Assembly: GCA_964631415.1 (NCBI GenBank)
Contig: CAZVZC010000004.1
Location: 13,814-77,813, forward strand
Reading direction: 5' to 3'
Source of the DNA: an uncultured archaeon
Lineage (GTDB): Archaea > Asgardarchaeota > Thorarchaeia > Thorarchaeales > Thorarchaeaceae
Length of the DNA: 64,000 nt
Part shown: positions 36,307 to 46,253 of the stretch, piece after piece
Layout: each line of letters opens with the position of its first letter
How positions within the stretch are numbered: position 1 is the stretch's first letter
The notes under the pieces: generated by a model
The model's input: only the letters and a program-made list of their open reading frames with translations
Told to the model about the DNA's origin: nothing
Database searches by the model: none
Position numbers and translations under genes: made by a program

Positions 36307-37254
36307 TCAATCAGGGGCGTGAAGACGTTCACCAAGCCACGACAGGAAGACATCGCCGTCTTCTGCGAATACAATCTCAAGATGTGATTCTTTCTTGAGG
36401 ATGAACTCCGTGCTTGCATCATCGGGTTCCACATTTAAGACTCCCAAAGCACTCTTATATGGCACGCGATTGACAGCGACAGCCATCGCAAAACAGTCAT
36501 GCGGGCAGGTGCCTATGATAGGCTCGTTAAAGAGCGCAGACCGATAGCGCAGCCAGACATCTAACATCCTGCCTACAAGGCGAACATGAGGGACCTTTGT
36601 TTGACGAAAACGGTCTATGGCGCGCCCTTCCAGCCAGTATCGACAGGTGGCATCATTTGTGACGACACGCATCGGAACACCTGACTGAAGGACTCGGCTT
36701 GCGGCTGCCATGTCACAGAGGATATTGTGCGAATGCCTAGCCCGATAAGACTGGCCACTGAACAGTGTTGGTGGAAGGCTTTGGGGGTAGGTCAGACCCC
36801 CACCCATAAACACGATCTCCTTCAAATCGTCTATCAGATGGGGGCTGGACTCAAGCGCCTTAGCAACGTTTGTGAGAGCACCAAGTGCCACGAGTGTGAC
36901 TTCCTTGGGATGGGTCATCACTTGGTCCATGATGAGACTCGTGGCATCATCAATAACGTTGAACTTGTCAAGCGGCGCTTCAATCTCGTCCTTTGTGAGG
37001 ATACCTTCGCCTTCGGTACCTGCTGTCCAAACGGGCATGAGTGACAGCATGGGTTCGGAAGCTCCCGCCGCCACCGGCGTGTTCAGCCCAGCTGCTGCTA
37101 CAATCTTGCGTGCAATCTTTGCGCGTAGCTCAGTAGGTCCGTATACTGTTGTGATTCCTAGTATCTCCACATCTTTGAGATGAATCGCCAGCAACAGAGC
37201 CAAGGCATCATCAATGTCCGAACCAATGTCAGTGTCGATAAGAACACGCTTCAT
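36307..37254 (-). CDS. inosine-uridine preferring nucleoside hydrolase; start ATG 37254
   Basis: LIDTDIGSDIDDALAL, ITTVYG, LGALTNVA, MGG, HNILCD, CPHD. Confidence 0.92.
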   Translation of the reverse strand: MKRVLIDTDIGSDIDDALALLLAIHLKDVEILGITTVYGPTELRAKIARKIVAAAGLNTPVAAGASEPMLSLMPVWTAGTEGEGILTKDEIEAPLDKFNVIDDATSLIMDQVMTHPKEVTLVALGALTNVAKALESSPHLIDDLKEIVFMGGGLTYPQSLPPTLFSGQSYRARHSHNILCDMAAASRVLQSGVPMRVVTNDATCRYWLEGRAIDRFRQTKVPHVRLVGRMLDVWLRYRSALFNEPIIGTCPHDCFAMAVAVNRVPYKSALGVLNVEPDDASTEFILKKESHLEIVFAEDGDVFLSWLGERLHAPD

Positions 37255-37958
37255 TCTCGCTCCACCCTCTGACACGAAGATCGATGCCGAGTTTCATGAT
37301 GACCCGTATCATTCTGATGGACGGGATAGCCGTTATGATGTGCCGATAGAATGTCAGATCGCAGCAGAATCTCGACGCAGCAGAAACCGACTACAAGTAT
37401 CGCCAATCCTACTATGAACCATACTTCTGGTGGGGTATTGGCTATTCCATCTACGCACACTCCGAAAGTGCAGGAAACATCCTCAAAGAATGCAGCCGCC
37501 CCTGAGTCCACCCAACATACTACCACAAACTCTGCGACAGCCAAGAACATGTGACAACCATTGTTGGGCATATCATCATTTACGAAACTCACTTCGATTG
37601 ACATGTTCTCCGCATGCCATGTCACCTGCGAATGCGAGTCCGGCTCGGCAGTGGCATTGCTGGTCGCAAAGACTACTCCGATGTGTTTCCTCCACAGCAG
37701 CTCGTGTGTCGGCCACCACTCTTCGACACGAACTGCAGCCAATGTTTCCGAAATCGAGGTGTTGTAGGACAAGGCAGACTGGTTGAAACCTGCTAGGTCC
37801 AAGACGACACTGAATCCGAAGCCTTTGACATTGCCTGTCGGGGTCGCATCACCACTCAAGGTATAGCTGCCCACAAGCATGCTCGATGGGACCGCCCCGA
37901 CGGGTGAGCATGGAAGGCAGCACAGTGCGAGAACTAGGGGGATTGCAGTCTGATACAT
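37251..37958 (-). CDS. hypothetical exported protein with C-terminal TM; translationally coupled (ATGA overlap) to the nucleoside hydrolase
   Basis: Signal-like MYQTAIPLVLALCCLPC, late TM segment EVWFIVGLAILVVGFCCV. Confidence 0.55.
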   Translation of the reverse strand: MYQTAIPLVLALCCLPCSPVGAVPSSMLVGSYTLSGDATPTGNVKGFGFSVVLDLAGFNQSALSYNTSISETLAAVRVEEWWPTHELLWRKHIGVVFATSNATAEPDSHSQVTWHAENMSIEVSFVNDDMPNNGCHMFLAVAEFVVVCWVDSGAAAFFEDVSCTFGVCVDGIANTPPEVWFIVGLAILVVGFCCVEILLRSDILSAHHNGYPVHQNDTGHHETRHRSSCQRVERE

Positions 37959-38135
37959 GCGCAAGACGAACCACTCTCCAATGCACCCGAGCATCTGGTA
38001 CTGAGCTAGGAGCTCGAAACGAACACGATTGCCCTTATGACATACAGATGTAACACCGACCGCATATGTCTTTTGCAGGGAATGACCCCTCCTCGACACT
38101 GCGATGAGAGATTCCTAGGAAAAAGGATAAACCTG

Positions 38136-39125
38136 ATGCGAAGTGAGCATGCAAACATGGAGTATGATGGTGTGAAACTGCTGAAACCCCCAAGGCTTGC
38201 TGCAGGGGACACAATCGGGATCGTCGCTCCGTCCCACCCGGTTGCGCCCTTTCAGGCAATGTACGACCAAGGAATAAAGAACCTGAGAAGCCTCGGCTTT
38301 CGGATCAAGGAGGGCAACACAGTCAAGCTTCAGCACGAAGGCTACATGGCCGGCACGGACCAGCAAAGAGCCGATGACATCAACAGTATGTTTGCAGACG
38401 AAGAAGTGAAGGCGATAGTCTGCGCCCTCGGGGGACAAGTAGCCATTCGAGCTCTGCGCTACTTGGACTTCAGTCTGATAAGGAGAAACCCCAAGATATT
38501 CTCTGGAATGAGTGACATATCGACATACCACATTGCCATGCTGGCGAAGACGGGTCTCAGTGGTCTCCACCAGAGCGATGTGACTTTCGCATTTGGGGGA
38601 GAGGTGCACAGCAACGACACTTACGAAAGAGATCTCTTTCTGAGAATAACAGAGAACCCAGAACCACTAGGCATCCTGCCAGCTCTCACGAGCTGGGATG
38701 TCTGGCGCGAGGGCTCTGCCAAGGGCAGGCTGTTTGGTGGAAACATGAATAGCATTCAATGCCTGCTCGGGACTCACTACGTTCCCAAGCTGACCGAGGA
38801 TGTCATCTTCTTCTGGGAATCGATGACACAGCCTCTTAGCCACATCGACCAGAAGTTGGCTCACTTCAGAGAGGCAGGCCTTTTCGACAGAGCTGTTGGA
38901 ATGCTGATAGGCAAGATCAGGGGAGATGAGGGGGGTTCTGTGAAAGACATGACAGCTGAAGTGAAGCCGGTCGCTGTTGATATAGCTGAGGAGTTTGACG
39001 TTCCTGTCATTGCAGGCATGGACTTCGGTCACTATACACCCAACCTGCCTCTACCCATGTGGCTCAAGGCGAGCATGGACACTGAGAACCCGACCGTACG
39101 CATTGAGGAGTCCTATGTCGTATGA
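38136..39125 (+). CDS. S66 family peptidase (LD-carboxypeptidase / MccF-like); start about 38136-38157
   Basis: LAAGDTIGIVAPS, RADDINSMFAD, FSGMSDIS (Ser), GGNM, FFWES (Glu), DFGHYTP (His). Confidence 0.9.
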   Translation: MRSEHANMEYDGVKLLKPPRLAAGDTIGIVAPSHPVAPFQAMYDQGIKNLRSLGFRIKEGNTVKLQHEGYMAGTDQQRADDINSMFADEEVKAIVCALGGQVAIRALRYLDFSLIRRNPKIFSGMSDISTYHIAMLAKTGLSGLHQSDVTFAFGGEVHSNDTYERDLFLRITENPEPLGILPALTSWDVWREGSAKGRLFGGNMNSIQCLLGTHYVPKLTEDVIFFWESMTQPLSHIDQKLAHFREAGLFDRAVGMLIGKIRGDEGGSVKDMTAEVKPVAVDIAEEFDVPVIAGMDFGHYTPNLPLPMWLKASMDTENPTVRIEESYVV

Positions 39126-39143
39126 AGGGGCCGTTTCCGGAAT

Positions 39144-39743
39144 CTACCAGGGTGTGGAACTGCCCATCCAGCCAAAGAGGAAAGCCCAGACCAGCTGTGT
39201 GCCAATCAGCAGGTTGACCAATGCGATGGCAGGACCAAGCGGCACATCATGAAGCTTGTTGAAGGCGACAACATACAGATATCCCACCCAAAGACCAGAG
39301 ATCAGTCCGAAGAAGGGGATCCACCCAAAGAGCAATACAGGCGCAGTTGCGTATGCTCCCACCTTGAATGAGTCCAGAAGTGTGCCGTGACCTCGTAGTA
39401 TCTTGGCAAAGCCATGGAACAGGAGCCCTATGACAGGCAACTTCGCGATATTGCCAACGTATGTCAATAGAGCCACCCAGAAGTAGCGAGAGATGCCTGT
39501 TGACACGTCAAGCGAGGGAGCAGCCGCGTAAGCCCCCATCTGAGCGTTGGTCCCTGCATGGACTATGTCGCAGGGGACACCAAACCAGTTCACAACCGGA
39601 GTTAGTACTGCAATCACGATGTTAAGAATCAAGAACCAACGCAAGACCGGCCAGTAGCCCGGGACCGACTTCTCTTGAGCAAAGGCGGTATCGGGTCGCG
39701 AAATGAACTCCCATGACTTCCTGAAGTCCGGAGGGGCTCTCAT
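39144..39743 (-). CDS. Yip1-domain membrane protein
   Basis: WEFISRPDTAF, LFHGFAKILRGHGTLLDSFKVGAYATAPVLLFGWIP, LW...LYVVAFNKLH. Confidence 0.8.
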   Translation of the reverse strand: MRAPPDFRKSWEFISRPDTAFAQEKSVPGYWPVLRWFLILNIVIAVLTPVVNWFGVPCDIVHAGTNAQMGAYAAAPSLDVSTGISRYFWVALLTYVGNIAKLPVIGLLFHGFAKILRGHGTLLDSFKVGAYATAPVLLFGWIPFFGLISGLWVGYLYVVAFNKLHDVPLGPAIALVNLLIGTQLVWAFLFGWMGSSTPW

Positions 39744-40025
39744 GGTACCACCACCCAACAACTCTTCCTGAGCTGAACAAGGCCAACTGACCATTTATGA
39801 CCTTCGAACTGCGAGTTGTTTGCGCAGTTGTCAACTCTCTTCGTTATGGACCCCTTCTGTGATGTGCGACAGCTTTGTTGCTGCATCTCGTCCGTCATTC
39901 AACCATCTGATCGATTATCACCGATAAGGGTCCGGGCGGCATTGCTTTGGTAGGACTACTGGTAAGGATCACTCGATTATTCATGGTCAGTGATCGGATT
40001 TCCAGAAGAAGGAACACCAAGTTGT

Positions 40026-40796
40026 CTATGACCACATCGGAAATGGTTGAAGGTCCTGTATGATTATCTGAAACAGCTCAGGGTAACTCAGTCCTATCAA
40101 CACCGGTGTAAGAAAGAGAAGGACCACGCAGATGCCACCGAAGGCAATAGTTGCGTAATCGTTGCGCGTCCATTTCACCGGCATGTCCACGTCCGAAACA
40201 ACCGTTTCTGTTTCGATTAGGCGCTCCTCTGGTACATGTGCCCGAAATGCGGTGGCCCACTCCTCTTCAACGCCATTATCCTCTGGCACATTGTCGCTCT
40301 TCTTGTCGTTTCTCTTTGCAATTGCAGTGGTCGTGGTCCGGGCGACATCGTCAACAGACAACATGATTCCGCGTACTGCGCTCTCGTATGCTCCAATTCC
40401 TGCTCCACTACGAACACCAACCTGACTCACTCGTCCTACACGGGAAATGCCCCCGAGTCCAGCCATGCCAAACAGGACACCCAAGTATGCGCTCACTGCA
40501 AAGGAGAACGCGATAAACGACATGTCGAGCTTCAGGTTCCAGAAGGACCCACCAACTGCCTTCCTCAAACAATCTGGACAATGACTGTGTTGCCGTGCCA
40601 GCTCAAGCACAAAGTGAAAATCAACAATGACGACCAACCAGAATAGGCTGACGAAAACGCTGAGGACTACCGCGAGAACGATATAGAGCACATTGAAGGC
40701 TCTGCTCTCATCGTGGCTGATCATCCAAATGTGGGCAGAGCTCAGACGCCCAGGGCTCAGCTTGAACACCAGTGGTGACCATGGCATCTTGCGCAT
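40026..40796 (-). CDS. hypothetical membrane protein with a CxxC (HCPDC) loop
   Basis: 3-4 TM segments plus a Gly/Val-rich stretch; no family recognised. Confidence 0.55.
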   Translation of the reverse strand: MRKMPWSPLVFKLSPGRLSSAHIWMISHDESRAFNVLYIVLAVVLSVFVSLFWLVVIVDFHFVLELARQHSHCPDCLRKAVGGSFWNLKLDMSFIAFSFAVSAYLGVLFGMAGLGGISRVGRVSQVGVRSGAGIGAYESAVRGIMLSVDDVARTTTTAIAKRNDKKSDNVPEDNGVEEEWATAFRAHVPEERLIETETVVSDVDMPVKWTRNDYATIAFGGICVVLLFLTPVLIGLSYPELFQIIIQDLQPFPMWS

Positions 40797-40943
40797 TTAG
40801 ACTATGTGGACACGACTTCGAACAGGAAGGCACAGTGCTCCTCCTGGCTGCTGACGTTCCGGTTTTCCTCTTCTTGGGTCTGGTCGTATTCCCCACAAGC
40901 TAGAAGAACCGCTTCGATCAATTCATTGTGGGTACATCATTGT

Positions 40944-42002
40944 TTGAGTAGTGAAGTCGCCCTTAGACGGTTCGATCCGAGAGTAATCCATGATGGCCTT
41001 CTTCAGAGAAATGAGGAAGAGGGTGCAAGGTGTCTGACCTGCAACCATCGCTGCCTTATCCCAGATAGTGCAAGGGGCTTTTGCGGCACGAGAACGAATT
41101 TCAATGGCAGGGTGACCACGTTGTGTTTTGGCAACATTTCCTCGATCAGCAATAACCCCATAGAGAAGAAGCCATTCTTCCACTTCGCCCCGGGAACGAT
41201 GGCGCTCACTGTTGGAAGCTGGGGCTGCAATGCCACATGTGGTTTTTGTCAGAACTACGAGATATCGAAAAGACATCCGAGTCCTCAGATATCAAGGTAC
41301 ATGAGTCCAGAGGAGTTCGTCGAGCGGGCTATGATAGAAGGGAGCGAAGGAACATCAATCTCACTCAATGAGGCCGCCACGCTCATGCTCGAGTGGAACC
41401 TAGAGGTCTTCAGGAAAGCCCACAGCAAGGGTCTATACAACACAATCGTCACGAATGGATACATGACCACAGAGGCGCTCGATCTCATGATTGACGCAGG
41501 TCTTGATGCAGCTAACGTCGATGTGAAGGGGTGTGCGGAAGGCGTCAAGAGAGTCTGCGGCCTTACAGTAGATCGAGTCTGGGACAATATCACCCATATG
41601 AGCAAGAGAGGAGTGCATGTTGAGCTGACCACTCTGGTCGTACCAGGACTGAGTGACGACAATGAGTGTCTTCAAGAAATCTCATCTCGCATAGTCAGTG
41701 ACGTAGGTGCGGACACGCCTTGGCATGTGAACAGGTATTTCCCTCATTATCACTTCAGAGAACCGCAGACGCCGATTGAAACGCTCCTTGGTGCGAGAGA
41801 AGTAGGTAAGCATCAAGGTCTACAATATGTGTATGTAGGCAATCTGTGGCAGCAAGGACTGGAAGACACCATATGCCCGGCCTGCGGCCATGTCTGCTAC
41901 GTGAGGATGGGGTTCCAATCAAACAATACAGGCACTGATTCTCAGGGAAAGTGTACTCAGTGCGGGCACAACTTGGGAATACGATACTGGTCAAGAAACT
42001 GA
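40944..42002 (+). CDS. amrS: AmmeMemoRadiSam system radical SAM enzyme; start likely TTG 40944
   Basis: CLTCNHRC...GFCGTR, NPIEKKPFFHFAPG, GCNATCGFCQNYEIS, TNGY, WHVNRYFP, YVYVGN, CPAC and CTQC. Confidence 0.9.
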   Translation: MSSEVALRRFDPRVIHDGLLQRNEEEGARCLTCNHRCLIPDSARGFCGTRTNFNGRVTTLCFGNISSISNNPIEKKPFFHFAPGTMALTVGSWGCNATCGFCQNYEISKRHPSPQISRYMSPEEFVERAMIEGSEGTSISLNEAATLMLEWNLEVFRKAHSKGLYNTIVTNGYMTTEALDLMIDAGLDAANVDVKGCAEGVKRVCGLTVDRVWDNITHMSKRGVHVELTTLVVPGLSDDNECLQEISSRIVSDVGADTPWHVNRYFPHYHFREPQTPIETLLGAREVGKHQGLQYVYVGNLWQQGLEDTICPACGHVCYVRMGFQSNNTGTDSQGKCTQCGHNLGIRYWSRN

Positions 42003-42133
42003 CTCGTGGACGTCGTCCATGGAAACCGCGTCAGAGGGAGGCCCTCGAAAGCCCAGATACAACGGATGGCACGAGCGAGGCTCCCATCGGCACGATAGGT
42101 TTCACGAGCAGGCGGGCCCATGCACCTTCGGTC

Positions 42134-43999
42134 CTACTTCATTTCCGCCGATAGCCGGGCAGGAAGAAGACGCTTCATCAGAAGTGTCAATGTTGTGGTC
42201 AACGTGAATACTAGGAATGACAGGACGAAGAAGAAGTACATCAGCGACCTGTCAGCATTGCTCAAGAACCAGAGTAATCCGGGTCCACTGTCGACAATGA
42301 AGTATGCGGTGACAGAGAGATAGATCCCTGTTATGATGAAGATGAATAGTGCTAACCACACCATTGCATCCTTCGGAGCCCCCGATTTCTTGTCAGACAG
42401 TCTGAGAAGCAAGAAGAGAACAACCAGACTAGGCAACAGAGCAAACAACGTGGGGCCGAACAATCGGATCAGGAAGTCTTCGACAGAAGTGAAGAAGTAG
42501 CTGGCTGAGAACCTCCAGCCAAACAGAAGCAATCCGACATATAGCAGCGCGAAGTATATGACAACGACAACTACAGTGGCCGCCACTCGTTGTCCGTCTG
42601 CAAGCGCAGTCTTTGTACTGCTAAAAGAGTTTCTGAACAAGACAGGCACGACCAAGATTCCGGCGAAAATACACGCCAGTACGACCAGAAGCCTTGTGGT
42701 TCGTTCTTCAGCGACCTTTGCATTCCACGACGTTCGGAGAATGCTCTCGGAGACCTCGATAGATGTGATTGCACCGTTGGTGGCAGCACTGCTATTTCCG
42801 CTCGTGAAGTTGCCTCGGGCATACGTGATGAGTTGTTCGGCCTCTGCAATCTGGGACTGATATTGAGTAAGATAGCCCATCTTGCTGACTCTGTGTGTTG
42901 CCTGTGCTATGCGTATCTCTGATAGATTGATTCTGTAGACGGCCTCTTGTTGGAGGGTGAAGCTCAGGCATTGGAACAGGACCGTTCCTGAGCAGTCAGA
43001 AGGCACAGCCCAACCCATTACGGCAGCAATGGTGGGAGCAATCGAGTTCTGATGCAGAGGATCGGCATACGTCCCTGACTTCACACCCGGTCCTCTAATC
43101 AGCAGGGGTATGTGAAGCACCTCTTCCTCGATGCCGCCGTGTTCGCCCTTACCTGAAAGGACATCGACTTGCCCATGATCAGCAACTACAATCACAAGTG
43201 TGGTATTCAGCAGCCCCATAGCATCGTATGCGTCCAGCACCTCTCCAATGTACGTGTCTTCGTTCTTCAGCGCCGTCACATACGACTCGCTTGCAGTGCC
43301 GTTCTGATGGCCCGCCTCGTCAGTTTCGCCAAAGTGAACGAGCATGAACGTCGGAGAGTGCCTCTCCAAGACAAGACGTGCATAATCTGACACAAGACTG
43401 TCTCGATAATCAGGCAAGGTGGCCTCCGTGACCGGCACGCCGCTTGTCGCGTTTATCAGAACAGCTTCTTCATTGGGCACTTGGCTCGTGAACGCCAGAG
43501 AGTAGGTCAGCCAAGGGCCAAAAAGCCCGTACCAAGAGTCACTTCCAATCATGGCTGTAGTGCCCGAGTTCGTGACTGTCGTGTTCCAAATCGAGTCTGC
43601 AAGAAACACCCCTTTGTATTCGTTACTTATTACCTCACTCTCGGACGAGTTGACTCCGGATGAGATGACGCAGTAGCCGGTCTTGCTGACACTGAGAAGA
43701 GTGGAACACTGGACAGCAGTGAAATTGGCCCAGTCGTCGTAGGTTTCAATCTCTGGCTTTGACGTTCGATAGAAAGTGTCTGCGCGCACGCCGTCCAGTA
43801 CGAACACGACTGTCCGATTGGCCAATGGAGTCATCCCCATGCCTTCAATTGATGAAACAGGTCCGGAGGGCACGTAACTGTAAGGGTTCACAAAGGCCAC
43901 ATAGGTAGAGAGCCCGGACACTAAGAGCTGCAGGAAGCCAAGTGAAACGAGCAACATCAGTGCTACTGCATACCTGAGACTGCGATTGCATGCTGGCAT
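42134..43999 (-). CDS. membrane-bound alkaline-phosphatase-superfamily enzyme with GPI ethanolamine-phosphate-transferase-like architecture
   Basis: N-terminal TM; VLDGVRAD, SVSKTGY, HFGETDEAGH, ADHG, HGG, QNSIAPT; helical linker; about 5 C-terminal TM. Confidence 0.8.
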   Translation of the reverse strand: MPACNRSLRYAVALMLLVSLGFLQLLVSGLSTYVAFVNPYSYVPSGPVSSIEGMGMTPLANRTVVFVLDGVRADTFYRTSKPEIETYDDWANFTAVQCSTLLSVSKTGYCVISSGVNSSESEVISNEYKGVFLADSIWNTTVTNSGTTAMIGSDSWYGLFGPWLTYSLAFTSQVPNEEAVLINATSGVPVTEATLPDYRDSLVSDYARLVLERHSPTFMLVHFGETDEAGHQNGTASESYVTALKNEDTYIGEVLDAYDAMGLLNTTLVIVVADHGQVDVLSGKGEHGGIEEEVLHIPLLIRGPGVKSGTYADPLHQNSIAPTIAAVMGWAVPSDCSGTVLFQCLSFTLQQEAVYRINLSEIRIAQATHRVSKMGYLTQYQSQIAEAEQLITYARGNFTSGNSSAATNGAITSIEVSESILRTSWNAKVAEERTTRLLVVLACIFAGILVVPVLFRNSFSSTKTALADGQRVAATVVVVVIYFALLYVGLLLFGWRFSASYFFTSVEDFLIRLFGPTLFALLPSLVVLFLLLRLSDKKSGAPKDAMVWLALFIFIITGIYLSVTAYFIVDSGPGLLWFLSNADRSLMYFFFVLSFLVFTLTTTLTLLMKRLLPARLSAEMK

Positions 44000-44118
44000 C
44001 TAGCATTCGCCCCAAATGGTATTTGATGAGGAGTGCCTAAACCGGCAATCAATGCTATATCAATTGCTGCTCATGATTCTGAGCCCATATCTTGCTGCTG
44101 CTAGTCCCCTAGTCGGAT

Positions 44119-44412
44119 TCACGTTGGCTTGATCTCGCCTGCACGCCTCAACTCAAACACTACCACGTTGCCCGGGTCTGGACATGCCACAGAGGTGCGA
44201 TCCGGATCCTTTCCCCAAGGAAAAGCACCACCGAACTCGAGGACGGTGACGAATGGAAGCATGGAGTTGTACGCCCAGCGACAGACCTTTGCCCTCTCGC
44301 TGTCTTTCGACAGGTCAAACTCGTCACCCACTTTGTAGAGCTTGCACGGACTCTCTCCTTGCTGGGCACGAAGTTCTGCGACACGTGCAATTATCCGGTA
44401 TCTCTTTGTCGT
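44119..44412 (-). CDS. TIGR04076-like small Cys protein; canonical start missing (ACG at 44412, or a 1-nt indel after ATG 44420)
   Basis: Frame reads TTKRYRIIARVAEL...PCKLYKVGDEF...CRWAYNSMLPF...ACPDPGNVVVFELRR; no ATG/GTG/TTG between stop TAA and GTG 44331. Confidence 0.7.
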   Translation of the reverse strand, partial: TTKRYRIIARVAELRAQQGESPCKLYKVGDEFDLSKDSERAKVCRWAYNSMLPFVTVLEFGGAFPWGKDPDRTSVACPDPGNVVVFELRRAGEIKPT

Positions 44413-44434
44413 TCTTGCATCACCATCCGAAACA

Positions 44435-46084
44435 TCACTTTACCTCGCGAAGCTCACGTCGCAGTATCTTCCCCACGGCACTCTTCGGCAGTGAGGAAAC
44501 AAAAGAGATGATGCGAGGGTACTTGTAGGCAGCCATATGCTCCTTGGCCCACTCCTTGATCTCATCCTCAGTGACCTTTCCTTCGTACTCAGGCTTCAGT
44601 CTGATGAATGCCTTGATTGTTTCACCTGCCGCCGGGTCTGGAATGCCGATGACTCCAACTTCAGCGACTGCGGGATGTCTGTAGAGGAGATCCTCCACCT
44701 CCGCTGGGAATACCGAGTACGCCTTGTACTTGATGAGGTCTTTCTTCCTGTCGCCGATGTACACATAGCCGTCTGCGTCAAAGCGGCCGATGTCGCCAGT
44801 GTGCATCCAACCCCCTTTCAGCGTCTCATCGGACTCCTTCTCCTTGTGCCAGTAGCCAGCCATCACCTGTGGGCCTCGAATCAGGATTTCACCCCATTCA
44901 CCAATTGCCATCTCCTTGGCATCATTCGTAGTGTCCACTATCTTGATGTCAGTGTTGAAGATTGGGAGGCCCACGCTTCCTGGCTTCAAGACACCCTCCG
45001 GAATAAGAGTCTGTATTGGCGAGGTTTCTGTCATTCCGTATCCTTCGACTATGTATATTCCTGTGAGCCGCTGAAACTGCTCCAGAATCTCAACAGGGAG
45101 AGGCGCAGCGCCGGAGAAAGCATGCTTCAGGGACTGCAGCGTTTCTTTCTTGAGGTCAGGCCGCCCTAGCATTGAAACATACAGTGTTGGCACTCCAACG
45201 AGTACCGTCGCTCCATACTTCGGGATTACGTGAAGGACCTCCTTTATGTCGGGTCTTGGGATCATTATGATACTGGCCGCTATGTACGAGGCCAGTACAA
45301 GCACACATGAAAGGCCAAATGCGTGAAAGAACGGAAGGACTCCCACAAAGCACTCCTTGCCCTCATTGACCTTGAACCACCTACGACCCGCCTCTGCGTT
45401 GAACATCAAGTTGCGGTGCGTCAGCATCGCGCCCTTGGGCATACCCGTGGTCCCTCCTGTGTATAGCAGAGTGGCAACATCATCTGCGCCAAGAATGTTC
45501 TCAGGGGGTGTCACGGGCTGGTCAGACATCAAATCCTGAAAAAGACGGATCTCAGGTCCAACCGGTAACGTTGGGTGCTCGATCTTGCCAACAAGCTTGC
45601 CCAAAACAGCCTTGGCTTTCGGCAGATATTCACCTGTCCTCGTATAGACTACTGTCTGAACTTCTGTGCCCTTTCTCCCTTTCTCAGCAACCTCATGGAA
45701 CATGTCCAGAGCCACAAGAATCTTGGCTCCAGTGTTCTCAAGTTGATGGTGAAGCTCGAGTTCCTTGAGCAGTGGATTGACTGGTGAAATCATTGCCCCT
45801 GCTTTGAAAGCGCCGTAGAAAGCAATAGGAAACTGCGGCAGGTTGGGAACCATGATTGCTACTCTATCGCCCTTCTCGATGCCCAAGCCCAATAGAGCAT
45901 GAGCGAACTGATTACTCATCTCATCGATCTGTCTGTAGTTTATCGTCTTGCCCATGATGTAGAAAGCGGGATGACTGGGAAACCGCTTGGCAGTAGTCAT
46001 GAAAGTTTCATGAATTGTTACGTTGGGAACCTCGATATCATGTGGCAAGCCCTTCGGCCAGCTGTTCTGCCAGAACCTCTCCAT
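44435..46084 (-). CDS. fadD: long-chain fatty acyl-CoA ligase (AMP-binding); start ATG 46084
   Basis: YTGGTTGMPKG, VEGYGMTETSP, GWMHTGD, DRKKDLIK, KSAVGKILRR. Confidence 0.92.
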   Translation of the reverse strand: MERFWQNSWPKGLPHDIEVPNVTIHETFMTTAKRFPSHPAFYIMGKTINYRQIDEMSNQFAHALLGLGIEKGDRVAIMVPNLPQFPIAFYGAFKAGAMISPVNPLLKELELHHQLENTGAKILVALDMFHEVAEKGRKGTEVQTVVYTRTGEYLPKAKAVLGKLVGKIEHPTLPVGPEIRLFQDLMSDQPVTPPENILGADDVATLLYTGGTTGMPKGAMLTHRNLMFNAEAGRRWFKVNEGKECFVGVLPFFHAFGLSCVLVLASYIAASIIMIPRPDIKEVLHVIPKYGATVLVGVPTLYVSMLGRPDLKKETLQSLKHAFSGAAPLPVEILEQFQRLTGIYIVEGYGMTETSPIQTLIPEGVLKPGSVGLPIFNTDIKIVDTTNDAKEMAIGEWGEILIRGPQVMAGYWHKEKESDETLKGGWMHTGDIGRFDADGYVYIGDRKKDLIKYKAYSVFPAEVEDLLYRHPAVAEVGVIGIPDPAAGETIKAFIRLKPEYEGKVTEDEIKEWAKEHMAAYKYPRIISFVSSLPKSAVGKILRRELREVK

Positions 46085-46253
46085 TTTGCACACGTCCGGG
46101 ATTAGCTAGATGAAACTATACTAACCTGCAGACCCGGGATATAACAGCATTGCCCAATCAAGTGAAACAAAGGCATGTTGACCTCCAGACAAAAACGATT
46201 TGTGCCAGCAATACTATGCACCTGATTACTGAAACGCTCTTGGAGAGGACTAC

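Noticed and set aside
40944-42002. amrS without adjacent amrA/amrB
   Set aside because: Dispersed AmmeMemoRadiSam genes are common in archaea; not novel
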